DNA of 64,000 bases from an uncultured Acidobacteriota bacterium (GTDB lineage: Bacteria; Acidobacteriota; Terriglobia; Terriglobales; Acidobacteriaceae), in the NCBI GenBank assembly GCA_963755795.1, contig CAVWLI010000017.1, forward strand, positions 25,262 to 89,261. Direction: 5' to 3'. Made by a program: the position numbers and the translations under genes. Numbering within the stretch: the first letter of the stretch is position 1; every line of letters starts with the position of its first letter. Shown one piece after another: positions 44,969 through 54,903 of this stretch. Under the pieces are notes generated by a model that ran no database searches, had not been told where the DNA came from, and saw only the letters and a list, made by a program, of their open reading frames with translations.

Positions 44969-47788
44969 ATGAATCGGGAAAGCCAAGCTCGTTTTGTTGC
45001 AGTCCTGTTGTTCTTACTGACAGTGGCTGCGGTGGTGTTTGCTGGCTTCAATTTCCAGACCGAGCAGAACTCAAGCGCGCCGGACGATGGCGTCTGGTGG
45101 GTGGAGCACAACGGCCACCTGGTGGCCGACCGCGTTGATCCGAGCGGACCGGGCGCCAAGGCCGGCATTAAGGCAGGCGACGAGCTAGCTGCCGTCAATG
45201 GCCAGGAAATAAAAGGCACACCGGGGCTGGTGCGCCAGCTTTACCGCACGGGTATCTGGGCGAAGGCGACCTATTCGCTCATCCGTGATTCGGTCGCGCT
45301 CGATTCCAACGTCATTCTGGTTCCCGCCGACCGTTCCCTGAACAATTGGCTGCGGCTGATTGCCCTGATTTATCTGGGAATCGGCGTATATGTGCTGTTG
45401 CGGCGTTGGACCGCGCCTGGTTCCACGCATTTCTACATTTTCTGCCTGGTCTCGTTCATCGCGTATTCGTTCAAGTACACCGGCAAGTTCAACGACTTTG
45501 ACTGGACCATTTACTGGAGCAACATCGTGGCCTGGGTGTTGCAGCCGGCGCTGTTCCTGCACTTCGTTCTGACGTTCCCGGAGAAGCGGCAATTCGTGCG
45601 CCAGCGTCCGTGGCTGCTGGCGCTGGTCTACGTTCCCGGTGCCCTGCTTCTGGCGCGGCATATTTTTGCCCTGCGGCTGGCGCAGGCCAGTGGATACCTG
45701 CGCTGGGACATGGACCGCCAGGAGATGGCTTACGGCGCGATCTTGTTCGTTGCGGCCGCAGCCGTTTTGTGGAACAGCTACCGGCTCGCGAGCACGACCA
45801 TCCTGCGGCAGCAGCTGAAGTGGGTCACCCGCGGAACCGTTCTGGCCGTGGTTCCTTACACGTTGTTCTACGTCATTCCCTATTTGATGGGTTCGTTGCC
45901 TGGCACGTGGATGAAGCTGTCGGTGCTGTCGCTGTGCCTGCTGCCGCTGACCTTTGGCTATGCCATCTTCCGCTACCGCTTGATGGACGTGGACCTGATT
46001 TTCAAGCGTGGGGTGGTTTACACGCTGGCGGCGGCGACAGTCGTGGGTTTGTATTTCGCGCTGGTCGCCGGAGTCGCCACGCTTGTGCAAAGACAGCAGC
46101 CTGGAACCGGACCGATTGGTTTGATTCTGGCCATGGTGGTGACCGCGCTGTTGTTTGATCCGGTGCGGAAGTGGATTCAGGAACGAGTGGACCATGCCTT
46201 CTACCGCACGGTGTATGACTACCGGCGAACGCTGCTGGAGTTTGGCCGGGAACTCGGTTCGGAAACGGACTTGAACGCGCTGCTCTCGTCGGTGCTCGAC
46301 CGGCTGTCGCGGACGCTGGCTGTCGACCACATTGCGATTTTCCTGCGCGATGAGGAGACCGAACATTTTGTAGTCGCCAAATCCATGGGCATGAATCCCA
46401 TGGGAAGGCTCGACCTGACTTTCCTGAGCGCTCCGCGACCGGAGCCGGCGGGGCACATGTTCTTTGAGAACACGCATCAGGTGCCGCGCGAGACCGAAGG
46501 ATCGCAGGATGCGATTGCCCGGCTGGATTTGAACTATTACATTCCGTGCCGCGCGCAGCAGAAAACCGTGGCCGTGCTTGGACTGGGGAAAACCACGAAG
46601 GGAGATTATCTTTCCAGCGAAGACATTGAGTTGCTGGAGACTCTGGGCGGGTATCTCGGCATCGCAATCCAGAATGGCCGCCTCTACGCGTCACTACAGC
46701 AGAAAGTGGCGGAGTACGAGCGGCTGAAAGACTTCAACGAAAATATTGTGGAATCCATCAATGTGGGCGTGATGGCGCTCGATATGGAAGACCGCATCGA
46801 GAGCTGGAACGCGCAGATGGAAGTGATGTACGCGATGCCGCGATGGCAGACTCTAACGCAGCCGCTGCGCGGCGTTTTTCCGGCGGAATTCGTGGAAGAG
46901 TTTTACCGCGTGCGGCAGAATCCGGGAATCAACAACCTCTATAAGTTCCGGCTGCAGACCCCAGCGGGCGAGACGCGCACGGTCAACGTGGCGATTGCGC
47001 CGCTGGTCACGCGCAAGTTCCAGGTGATCGGCCGGCTGGTCATCATGGACGACATTACCGAGCGGGTGGAACTTGAAGGCCAGCTTTCGCAGGCGGACAA
47101 ACTGTCGTCGATCGGTCTGCTGGCCGCGGGCGTGGCGCATGAGGTGAACACGCCGCTGGCCGTGATTTCGTCGTACACGCAGATGCTCGCCAAGCAACTG
47201 CAGGGCGATCCGCAGAAGTCGGGATTGCTCGATAAGATCACGCGACAAACTTTCCGCGCGTCGGAAATCGTCAACAACCTGCTGAATTTTTCGCGCACCA
47301 GCGGCACTGAATTCGCCGACGTGGACGTCAACAAAGTCATCACCGACACGCTCGCGTTGCTGGAGCATCAGTTCAAGATCGCTAAAGTCCAGGTGCACTC
47401 CGATTTGACCGCGGGCATTTCTCCCATTCAGGGAAATCCGGGAAGGCTGCAGCAGGTGTTTCTGAATCTGTTTCTCAACGCCAAAGATGCCATGCCGGGC
47501 GGCGGCCGAATCAATGTGGCGACCAGCAACGGCGAGATGGTGAGCGTGCGGGTTTCCGACACCGGGTCGGGCATTGCTCCGGAACACATTCAGCGCATTT
47601 ACGATCCGTTTTTCACGACGAAGACTGCGCCGAAAGAGGGCCAGAATCGCGGGACGGGGCTGGGATTGTCGGTGACCTACGGCATTATTCAGGAACATGC
47701 GGGGAAGATTCGGGTGGAAAGCAATCCGGGAGCCGGGACGACGTTTGCCCTGGATTTTCCGCTGAGCAGGAAGGCAGTGCATGTCTGA
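44969..47788 (+). CDS. Sensor histidine kinase: periplasmic PDZ, polytopic membrane module, GAF, PAS, HisKA, HATPase_c
   Basis: ORF 44807..47788 with a likely ATG at 44969 (MNRESQARFVAVLLFLLTVAAVVFA). PDZ-type GPGAKAGIKAGDELAAVNGQEI, about 6-7 TM segments, H-box VAHEVNTPL, G-boxes DTGSGI and GTGLGLS. Confidence 0.85.
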   Translation: MNRESQARFVAVLLFLLTVAAVVFAGFNFQTEQNSSAPDDGVWWVEHNGHLVADRVDPSGPGAKAGIKAGDELAAVNGQEIKGTPGLVRQLYRTGIWAKATYSLIRDSVALDSNVILVPADRSLNNWLRLIALIYLGIGVYVLLRRWTAPGSTHFYIFCLVSFIAYSFKYTGKFNDFDWTIYWSNIVAWVLQPALFLHFVLTFPEKRQFVRQRPWLLALVYVPGALLLARHIFALRLAQASGYLRWDMDRQEMAYGAILFVAAAAVLWNSYRLASTTILRQQLKWVTRGTVLAVVPYTLFYVIPYLMGSLPGTWMKLSVLSLCLLPLTFGYAIFRYRLMDVDLIFKRGVVYTLAAATVVGLYFALVAGVATLVQRQQPGTGPIGLILAMVVTALLFDPVRKWIQERVDHAFYRTVYDYRRTLLEFGRELGSETDLNALLSSVLDRLSRTLAVDHIAIFLRDEETEHFVVAKSMGMNPMGRLDLTFLSAPRPEPAGHMFFENTHQVPRETEGSQDAIARLDLNYYIPCRAQQKTVAVLGLGKTTKGDYLSSEDIELLETLGGYLGIAIQNGRLYASLQQKVAEYERLKDFNENIVESINVGVMALDMEDRIESWNAQMEVMYAMPRWQTLTQPLRGVFPAEFVEEFYRVRQNPGINNLYKFRLQTPAGETRTVNVAIAPLVTRKFQVIGRLVIMDDITERVELEGQLSQADKLSSIGLLAAGVAHEVNTPLAVISSYTQMLAKQLQGDPQKSGLLDKITRQTFRASEIVNNLLNFSRTSGTEFADVDVNKVITDTLALLEHQFKIAKVQVHSDLTAGISPIQGNPGRLQQVFLNLFLNAKDAMPGGGRINVATSNGEMVSVRVSDTGSGIAPEHIQRIYDPFFTTKTAPKEGQNRGTGLGLSVTYGIIQEHAGKIRVESNPGAGTTFALDFPLSRKAVHV

Positions 47789-49253
47789 AGCAGCAGTCAT
47801 TGCGCGCGGCACGGTGAACGCCGGAACAGCGAATAGCACGGCGAACGGAACGACGAACGGCAGTGCTTCGTCGTCGGGTTCGGTGCTGATCATTGACGAC
47901 GAGGCGGAGATTCGCGAATCGCTGCAGACGCTGCTGGAGATGGAAGCGTTCGAGGTGGAGACGGCGGTGAGCGGCGAGGATGGCCTGGCGCAGATGGCGG
48001 ACCATCCGTTTGACTTGGTGCTGCTCGATCTCGCCCTGCCGGGGCGCAACGGGATGGAGATTCTTGCCGAAATTCGTTCTCACGACGCTCGCCTGCCCGT
48101 GATCATGATTACCGCCTACGGCACGGTGGAAAATGCGGTGCGGGCCATGCAGTCGGGCGCGGCGAATTTCGTTCAGAAGCCGTGGGATAACGAAAAACTT
48201 CTCGCCGATGTGCGGGCCGCGGTCGGCTGGCGGCGGGCGGAGGAAGAAAATATCCAGCTCAAGCGCGCTCTGAAGCAGCGCTACAACTTCGAAAACATCG
48301 TGGGCAAGAGCGAGCCCATGCTGAAGATTTTTGACCTGGTGGCGCAGGTGGCCAACAGCCGGTCGACCGTGCTGTTGCAGGGCGAGAGCGGTACGGGCAA
48401 GGAAGTCATAGCCAAGGCCATTCACCTCAACTCTCCGCGCCACGACAAACCGTTCGTTCCGGTGAACACCGGCTCGATGCCTACCGACTTGCTCGAGTCG
48501 ACGCTCTTCGGCCACGTCAAAGGGGCGTTCACCAGCGCGATCGCGTCGAAAAAAGGTTTATTCGAAGTAGCGGACAAGGGCACCCTGTTCCTCGACGAAA
48601 TCGCCACTATGGGACTGGAAACGCAGGCTAAGATTTTGCGCGTGCTGCAGGACCGGCGTTTCATGCATTTGGGCGGGATTCAGGAAATTCAGGTGGATGT
48701 GCGCATCATCGCCGCCACCAACATCGACTTGCGGCATATGGTGCGCGAAGGCCGCTTCCGCGAAGATCTTTTTTACCGGCTCAACGTAATTACGGTCGAG
48801 CTTCCGCCGCTGCGTCAGCGCAAGGAAGACATCCCGCTGCTGGTAGAATTCTTTCTGAAAAAATATGCGGAAGAAAACGCGCGACCCACGCCCCGCATTA
48901 CTCCTGAAGCACTACGCCCGCTGATGGCCTACTCCTGGCCAGGCAACGTGCGCGAACTGGAGAACGTGATCGAACGCGCCGTCGTGCTGTCGTCCGGACT
49001 GGAAATTAGCATGGACTTGCTGCCGGATTCCATGATGGGACGCGGCTCCTCACTCACCCTGCACGATCCGCCGTCGGACGCGTCGTTATTCGAGATTGTC
49101 GAAGATGTCGAGCGCCGCGTGATCACCGACATGCTCGAACGCTGCAACTGGAACCAGACTGAAGCCGCGGAACGGTTTCATGTGCCGCTGTCGACGCTGA
49201 ACCAGAAAATCCGGCGGCTGAATATTGAGATTAAGAAGAAGGGGCGCGGGTAG
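47781..49253 (+). CDS. Sigma-54-dependent response regulator (NtrC family: REC, AAA+, Fis-HTH)
   Basis: The ATG overlaps the kinase stop (ATGTCTGA). REC DLVLLDLALPGRNG, Walker A GESGTGKE, GAFTSA (sigma-54 contact GAFTGA variant), and C-terminal HTH NQTEAAERFHVPLSTLNQKIRR. Confidence 0.92.
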   Translation: MSEAAVIARGTVNAGTANSTANGTTNGSASSSGSVLIIDDEAEIRESLQTLLEMEAFEVETAVSGEDGLAQMADHPFDLVLLDLALPGRNGMEILAEIRSHDARLPVIMITAYGTVENAVRAMQSGAANFVQKPWDNEKLLADVRAAVGWRRAEEENIQLKRALKQRYNFENIVGKSEPMLKIFDLVAQVANSRSTVLLQGESGTGKEVIAKAIHLNSPRHDKPFVPVNTGSMPTDLLESTLFGHVKGAFTSAIASKKGLFEVADKGTLFLDEIATMGLETQAKILRVLQDRRFMHLGGIQEIQVDVRIIAATNIDLRHMVREGRFREDLFYRLNVITVELPPLRQRKEDIPLLVEFFLKKYAEENARPTPRITPEALRPLMAYSWPGNVRELENVIERAVVLSSGLEISMDLLPDSMMGRGSSLTLHDPPSDASLFEIVEDVERRVITDMLERCNWNQTEAAERFHVPLSTLNQKIRRLNIEIKKKGRG

Positions 49254-49334
49254 AGGTTCTCGCCCCGGGCGGTTTTCGCGACTCGTTCGACGAACCTAAT
49301 CGCGATTTTCATCAGGCGGTGTAACTTCCACTTT

Positions 49335-50075
49335 ATGACGACGCTTGATGTCCTGATTGCGATTCCCGTTATACCCCTCGCCCCTATGGTGGTAACGTGG
49401 TGGCTTCCTTGGGAATGGTGGATTCCGTGGAGCAAACTGCCGAAGCTCGTTTTAGGACCCTACGTTCTGTATGCGGGGTTTGCAGCTTGGCACTTCCACG
49501 GTAGCGTCTGGTTTGTGCTGATGCTAGTTGTCGCGGGGTGCATTCTAACGATCATGGGCGCGGTTGAGGGGGCCCCCGCAACTCTCGCATCCACTGGCGA
49601 CAAACAATTTCTCGAGACATTGGAGGGCTGGTTGCGCAGCCAATCGGAAATCATGATCCTCGTTCGCTATTCGCGTGCCGCGGGTAACAAGTCTTTCGAG
49701 TTTTTTACCTCGTTCGAAGCGCTGAGAGGGAGGCTGGCTCAGCTGAAGGCTGAGACGAGCGTAACGGCGTTCCGAACGCCTCAGCTCCCGTTACGTGGCC
49801 GCGTTGATGATGAATTCATAGGCAGATGTCTGAGCCGTATACCGGCAGGTTCGGAATTTCTCGTTCTGGAGTTGGACCCGCGGATGGCAACGCAGCAGTG
49901 CTTGCTTCGCCATGAAGCGGGAGAGTCACCTGATGAACTAAAGCAGGTGCTGGAAGGACTGCGAGGACGGCTAGTTGCCGTTGGCGAATACCCGCCATGG
50001 CTGAAGGAAAGTCCTGATGTAATTTCAGCGTATGTTCCAAACCAGGACAGCACCGTCAAAGCAGGGGTCTACTGA
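49335..50075 (+). CDS. Hypothetical protein: W-rich N-terminal membrane segments plus soluble C-terminal domain
   Basis: 246-aa ORF. About 3 TM segments (VVTWWLPWEWWIPW..., VWFVLMLVVAGCILTIMGAV). No family recognised. Confidence 0.5.
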   Translation: MTTLDVLIAIPVIPLAPMVVTWWLPWEWWIPWSKLPKLVLGPYVLYAGFAAWHFHGSVWFVLMLVVAGCILTIMGAVEGAPATLASTGDKQFLETLEGWLRSQSEIMILVRYSRAAGNKSFEFFTSFEALRGRLAQLKAETSVTAFRTPQLPLRGRVDDEFIGRCLSRIPAGSEFLVLELDPRMATQQCLLRHEAGESPDELKQVLEGLRGRLVAVGEYPPWLKESPDVISAYVPNQDSTVKAGVY

Positions 50076-50207
50076 GGCAATTTTTGGGTAGGCGTAGGCG
50101 TTTATGCTCATCGACAACACCGTACGCAGTCGTCCGTTGGACGACTGAACGGCTGATTGCTGACGGCTTCTCTGTTATAGTTCGGTCAAGCCGGTGCGTC
50201 GCCCACG

Positions 50208-51011
50208 ATGGCTGGCCTTCCGAATCGCATGGAACTCACCTCGCCCACGGAGTTTGCCAAAGAGAAGGTCCAGTCGGTTCAGGATTACACTGTGCTGGCC
50301 GCGCAGTCGATCGGCAACCTGTTTCGCAAGCCTTTTTACTTTGCCGACATGGTGCAGCAGGCTGACCTGATCGGCGTGGGGTCGCTGCCCATCGTGGTGC
50401 TGACCGGTTTTTTCACTGGCGGCGTGCTCGCGCTGCAAACCGCCAATACGCTGCAGCGCTTTGGGTCGATCACTCTGATCGGCGAGCTGGTGTCCACTTC
50501 CATGATCCGCGAACTGGGTCCGGTGCTCACCGGGCTGATGGTCGCGGGACGCAATTCTTCCGGCATGGCCAGCGAACTCGGTTCGATGGTGGTGACCGAG
50601 CAGATTGACGCCATGCGCGCGCTCGGCACCGATCCGATGAAAAAGCTGGTGACGCCGCGAGTGACCGCGACCGTGTTCATGCTGTTCTTTCTCAGCATTA
50701 TTTCCGACCTGGTGGGACTGGCCGGCGGCCTCTTTGTGGCCAAGCTGTTCCTGAATCTCAATGCCCGGCAGTACTGGGCCAATGCCTGGCAGACGCTGGT
50801 GTTTCAGGACGTTTTTATGGGATTGCTGAAACCGGTGTTGTTCGGCTTTATTATCGCGACCATCGGGTGCTATTACGGCATGACTGCGCGGGGCGGAACG
50901 CAAGGCGTGGGCCGCGCGACGACGCAGGCGGTGGTGGCTGCGTCCGTGTTTATCCTGGTTACCGACTTTTTTGTCACCAAGCTGCTGATCTCTGTGCTGT
51001 CTTACAGATAA
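50208..51011 (+). CDS. mlaE: MlaE-family ABC transporter permease
   Basis: The segment GVGSLPIVVLTGFFTGGVLALQT...RELGPVLTGLMVAGRNSSGMASELGSMVVTEQIDAMRALGTDP is the MlaE/Ttg2B signature. Confidence 0.9.
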   Translation: MAGLPNRMELTSPTEFAKEKVQSVQDYTVLAAQSIGNLFRKPFYFADMVQQADLIGVGSLPIVVLTGFFTGGVLALQTANTLQRFGSITLIGELVSTSMIRELGPVLTGLMVAGRNSSGMASELGSMVVTEQIDAMRALGTDPMKKLVTPRVTATVFMLFFLSIISDLVGLAGGLFVAKLFLNLNARQYWANAWQTLVFQDVFMGLLKPVLFGFIIATIGCYYGMTARGGTQGVGRATTQAVVAASVFILVTDFFVTKLLISVLSYR

Positions 51012-51028
51012 ACAATACAGGTAATCGC

Positions 51029-51880
51029 ATGTCTGCGCCGCCCGCTCTGCCGATCGACCACGCTGCCGCAGTGACCGAGCCGCGGTCGGGTTCCGCGATC
51101 ATATTTGAAGATGTGCATCTCGCCTTTGAGGACAATCAAGTTCTGCGCGGGGTTTCGTTCCAGCTGCCATTCGGAGAAACCAAGGCGCTCTTCGGCGTGG
51201 CGGGATCAGGCAAGAGCACGATTCTAAAGCTCGCGCTGGGACTGTTGCCGCCGGACTCTGGGCGCATTACCGTGTTGGGCAACGAAGTCACAGAGATGCG
51301 CGAGCGAGACTTGTTCCCGTTGCGCGGGCATCTGGGCATGGTATTTCAGGAGAGCGCGTTGTTCGATTCGCTGACCGTGCGGGAAAACGTCGCTTACCGC
51401 CTGATGGAAGAGCACGGCGTCTACGACGACTCGATTGACGCGCGCGTCCGCGAGTCTTTGCGCTTTGTGGAATTGGAGCACACGGTCGACATGTTTCCCT
51501 CAGAACTTTCAGGAGGCATGCGGCGGCGCGTGGCCATTGCCCGCGCCATCATCGCGCAGCCGGAGCTGCTGCTGTATGATTCGCCGACCGGCGGGCTCGA
51601 TCCGGTCACATCCAATACCATTGTTGAATTGATCATGAAGCAGCGCGATGTTTATCGCACCAGTTCCCTGCTGGTGACGCACCGCCTGCAGGACGCTTTC
51701 ACGCTGGCCACGCATGAGTTCGACCCGCAAACCAATCAGGTGCGCGTACTGCCGCGCGGCCAGTATTGCGATGTGCCCATGAGCTTTCTGGTTTTACGCG
51801 ACGGCAAGGTCATCTTCGACGGCGACGTCCGGCAGCTGGCGCACAGCAAGGACGAGTACATCCGGGAATATATCTCGTAA
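51029..51880 (+). CDS. mlaF: MlaF-like ABC transporter ATP-binding protein
   Basis: ORF 50867..51880 with the ATG at 51029. Walker A GVAGSGKST, signature LSGGMRRRVAIARA, Walker B LLLYDSPTGGLD. Confidence 0.9.
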   Translation: MSAPPALPIDHAAAVTEPRSGSAIIFEDVHLAFEDNQVLRGVSFQLPFGETKALFGVAGSGKSTILKLALGLLPPDSGRITVLGNEVTEMRERDLFPLRGHLGMVFQESALFDSLTVRENVAYRLMEEHGVYDDSIDARVRESLRFVELEHTVDMFPSELSGGMRRRVAIARAIIAQPELLLYDSPTGGLDPVTSNTIVELIMKQRDVYRTSSLLVTHRLQDAFTLATHEFDPQTNQVRVLPRGQYCDVPMSFLVLRDGKVIFDGDVRQLAHSKDEYIREYIS

Positions 51881-51882
51881 GC

Positions 51883-51999
51883 ATTGAGTCTTGGGACATT
51901 GAGCAATTGGGAAATTCAGTAATTGGGGAATTTAAGATCAAAGACAACAGGAGCTTCGGTTTTCAATTGCTCGATTTCTAAATTTCCCAATTCCTCAAT
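51883..51999. repeat. AT-rich cluster of a ~16-nt unit (ATTGAG-NAATTGGGAA): three direct copies then one to two inverted copies
   Basis: attgagtcttgggac / attgagcaattgggaa / attcagtaattggggaa at 51883-51930. Inverted copies are caattgctcgat (51964-51975) and ttcccaattcctcaat (51984-51999, one mismatch to unit 2). The cluster fills the space between the convergent mlaF and sugar-binding-protein genes. Confidence 0.9.
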
Positions 52000-52010
52000 T
52001 TGTATCACCG

Positions 52011-53012
52011 TCACTTGGGCGCCGAAGCCAGTTTTTTCCCTGCCTCAATGAACGATTGCACGTTGCTTTTGTCGATCATGGCGGAGCCGGTGTCGACGAA
52101 GCTTGGGACGGGGGAAAAGCTGTCTTTTGACCAGTCTGTGTCGAGCGAAGACGGCTTGTGGTGATAGAGATTGTCGAGCGACTGCATGCCGACAAAGGCC
52201 ATGGTGTAGGGCTTCTGCGCGATGGTGGCCGCGATCACGCCTTTTTGGATCCAATCGAGCGTCTCCTGGTCGGTGTCCATCGCGATCACAACTTTTCCGG
52301 TGACGTGATAGCTGTTGAGCACGCCGGCGACTTCCTTGCCGGATTGCGCCTCCAGACAAACGAAGCCGTCGACCTTGTCGCGCTCTTTGCCGACGATCTC
52401 GGTTGCGGTGTCGAAGGCGATGCGCGGGTCGCCCTGGATATCGACTACGCGGGTAATTTTGATCTCCGGCGTTTTAGCGAGAGCGTCTCTGTATCCGCGC
52501 AGGCGGTCCTGCAGGTTCGACTGGTCGGGCATAGTGAAGGCTACGACGTTGCCCTTGCCCTTGAGTTCCTGCGCCAGGCGCAGGCCACCGGTGAAGCCGG
52601 CCTGATAGTTATTGGTGCCGATGAAAAACAGGCGCTTGCTCGAGGGAGCGTCGGAGTCGATGGTAATGACTGGAATGCCGGCGGCTATGGCCTTATCGAT
52701 GCTGTCTTTAAGCAGGTCGGGGTCGGTTACGGCGAGCAGAATGCCGGTCGCTTTTTTTTGTACGGCCTGGTCCAGCGCATCGCGCTCGGCTTTGGCATCA
52801 TAATTCGTGGGTCCGGTGAAATCGGAGCGAACTTTCATCTGCGAGGCCGCATTGGAGAAGCCTGCGCCCGCGGCCTTCCAGTAGGGCAACTGCAGATTTG
52901 CTGAGACCAAAACAAAATATTCGTCGGAGTCGTGGGCCGAACCGCAACTCAGAATCAATCCCAACAGGACTGCGAGAGCGCCGGAGCGAAGAATCTTGCG
53001 CGCGGGGAGCAT
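52011..53012 (-). CDS. Periplasmic sugar-binding lipoprotein (RbsB/LacI-type PBP fold)
   Basis: Lipobox LGLILSCGS. Type-I periplasmic binding fold pattern (FVLVSANLQLPYW..., GILLAVTDP..., IPVITIDSD..., FIGTNNYQAG...). No ABC permease or ATPase partner lies adjacent. Confidence 0.85.
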   Translation of the reverse strand: MLPARKILRSGALAVLLGLILSCGSAHDSDEYFVLVSANLQLPYWKAAGAGFSNAASQMKVRSDFTGPTNYDAKAERDALDQAVQKKATGILLAVTDPDLLKDSIDKAIAAGIPVITIDSDAPSSKRLFFIGTNNYQAGFTGGLRLAQELKGKGNVVAFTMPDQSNLQDRLRGYRDALAKTPEIKITRVVDIQGDPRIAFDTATEIVGKERDKVDGFVCLEAQSGKEVAGVLNSYHVTGKVVIAMDTDQETLDWIQKGVIAATIAQKPYTMAFVGMQSLDNLYHHKPSSLDTDWSKDSFSPVPSFVDTGSAMIDKSNVQSFIEAGKKLASAPK

Positions 53013-53035
53013 CGCATCCTCCTTTCAAACCATCC

Positions 53036-54787
53036 TCATCGCGGAGCATCCTCATTCCGGGCGACGCGAAACTGCGAATGAGAAGCTTCAGCGAGTGGAT
53101 TGTAAATGAGCCGTCTATTACTGCGGAATAGCATCCGTCGCATGCGGACTAAACTCCGACCGGGAACGGCTTGGTGTGGGTGGTGGTGCGCAGGGATGCG
53201 CCTCCGAAGCGGCCTTGCAGCAGACGACATCAATCCGGTGTACCAGTAGCCGACGACGAAGAGCAGCAGGAATGGGACAGTGATGTAGTTTTCATTGTCG
53301 ATGGCGTAGTAGACCGTGGCGGCGAAATAGGTTCCGATTAGAAGTTCGAGCCACGGGACCCATCCCAGTCGCTTGCGGTACTTGGTGGCGCCAACTCTAT
53401 CCTGCTTCGAGACTACGCTGTATTTTGGCGTTCGTGCGAACGCGCTCTCCTTGCCGATCAGCGCTTCGATGACGGCCTTGGTGTTGGTGATGGTCAGGCC
53501 GATTCCCAGCGCCATCAGGAACGGGAGATACAACAGGGCGCGCGGCCAACTGCGGGGAAAGAGTTCGCGCTGCGAAACCAAGTAGAAACTGGAAATCGAG
53601 AACGTCGACGCCATGAACAGCGGCAGGTCAATGTAGAGCATCTGAAACCAGCCTTGATAAAAACGAATGATCATGGCGGGAAGCAGCAGCACCGAAAGCA
53701 TGATCATCAGCGGATAGCTGATGTTGGCCGTCAGGTGATACCAGGCTTCGATCTTGGTATGCAGCGGAGCATCGCTGCGCAGCACTCGCGGCAGAATCTT
53801 TTTTCCGGTCTGAATCAGGCCCTTGGCCCAGCGCGCCTGCTGCGTCTTGAAGGCCGTCATCTCAACCGGGAGTTCGGCGGGGCATTCCACATCCTGCAGA
53901 TAGATAAATTTCCAGCCTTTGAGTTGCGCGCGATAAGAGAGGTCGGTGTCTTCGGTTAGTGTGTCGTGCTGCCAGCCTCCGGCTTCGTCGATGGCCGTGC
54001 GGCGCCACATGCCGGCGGTGCCGTTGAAGTTGAAGAAGAGTCCGGTGCGGGCGCGGCCGGAGTGCTCGAGCACGAAGTGCCCATCGAGCAGGATGGCCTC
54101 GACTTCGGTGAGGAAGGAATAATTGCGGTTGATGTGGGTCCAGCGGGTCTGCACCATCCCGATTTTTGGGTCGCTGAAGTGATGGATGACGCGCATCAGA
54201 AAATCTTCCGGCGGAGTAAAGTCGGCGTCGAAGATCGCGACAAACTCACCCTTCGCCGTCTTCAGGCCTTCGGCGAGCGCGCCCGCTTTATAGCCCTCGC
54301 GATTGGTGCGGTGAAGGTAGCTGATGGGATTGCCCAGGACGGCGTAGCGCTCGACGAGCCCTCGCGCCACGTCGACGGTCTCGTCCGTGGAATCGTCGAG
54401 TACCTGGATGTCCAGTTTATCTTTGGGATATTTCAGCTTGCAGATCGACTCCAGCAGACGCTCGACAACGTATTGCTCATTGAAAATCGGCAGTTGCACC
54501 GTGACCCGCGGCAACTCTTGGAAGTACGTCGCGGGCGCGGTCGTGCCGTTCTTGCGGTGCTTGTAATACAAGTACACCAGGATGTAGCGATGCACTCCGT
54601 ACCCGGCCAGCAGAATGAGGACAATGAAATACGGGATGAGCAGCGCAACGTCGAATGCATTGGCACGGTAGAGCCCGCGAAAAGTCGTGTCCAAAAAATG
54701 CTGGCGGATGTAGGGCACGACGCCGCCCTTGGGCGCAGTCGATGTCCATGCAGCCAGTGCCGCGGTCAGGATGAGATCAGATATCAA
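53036..54787 (-). CDS. Processive family-2 glycosyltransferase (cellulose-synthase-like, D,D,D,QxxRW)
   Basis: ORF 53036..55003. Motifs VQLPIFNE, VLDDSTD, IFDADF, TEDTDLS and QQARWAKG, with multiple C-terminal TM segments. The start is uncertain. I place it at the in-frame TTG at 54787 because the full ORF would overlap the divergent GT39-like gene; GTG candidates at 54901 and 54718 are alternatives. Confidence 0.8.
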   Translation of the reverse strand: MISDLILTAALAAWTSTAPKGGVVPYIRQHFLDTTFRGLYRANAFDVALLIPYFIVLILLAGYGVHRYILVYLYYKHRKNGTTAPATYFQELPRVTVQLPIFNEQYVVERLLESICKLKYPKDKLDIQVLDDSTDETVDVARGLVERYAVLGNPISYLHRTNREGYKAGALAEGLKTAKGEFVAIFDADFTPPEDFLMRVIHHFSDPKIGMVQTRWTHINRNYSFLTEVEAILLDGHFVLEHSGRARTGLFFNFNGTAGMWRRTAIDEAGGWQHDTLTEDTDLSYRAQLKGWKFIYLQDVECPAELPVEMTAFKTQQARWAKGLIQTGKKILPRVLRSDAPLHTKIEAWYHLTANISYPLMIMLSVLLLPAMIIRFYQGWFQMLYIDLPLFMASTFSISSFYLVSQRELFPRSWPRALLYLPFLMALGIGLTITNTKAVIEALIGKESAFARTPKYSVVSKQDRVGATKYRKRLGWVPWLELLIGTYFAATVYYAIDNENYITVPFLLLFVVGYWYTGLMSSAARPLRRRIPAHHHPHQAVPGRSLVRMRRMLFRSNRRLIYNPLAEASHSQFRVARNEDAPR

Positions 54788-54903
54788 CTGTGCGTCCAGG
54801 GCAACCTTGTATTTTACCGGATCGGGTAGGTCATTCTCGCGTTCGAGTACGAAGGTGGACAATTTGCCCGTCGGGCGGCCCTCAGCTACAAATAGAGCCA
54901 CGT

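Noticed and set aside
45185-46477. 430-aa minus-strand ORF inside the PDZ histidine kinase gene (likewise 46002-46694, 46853-48049 and 47685-48515)
   Set aside because: These are antisense or alternative-frame shadows of clearly recognisable kinase and NtrC genes. They have R/Q/H-rich composition and no domain signatures.
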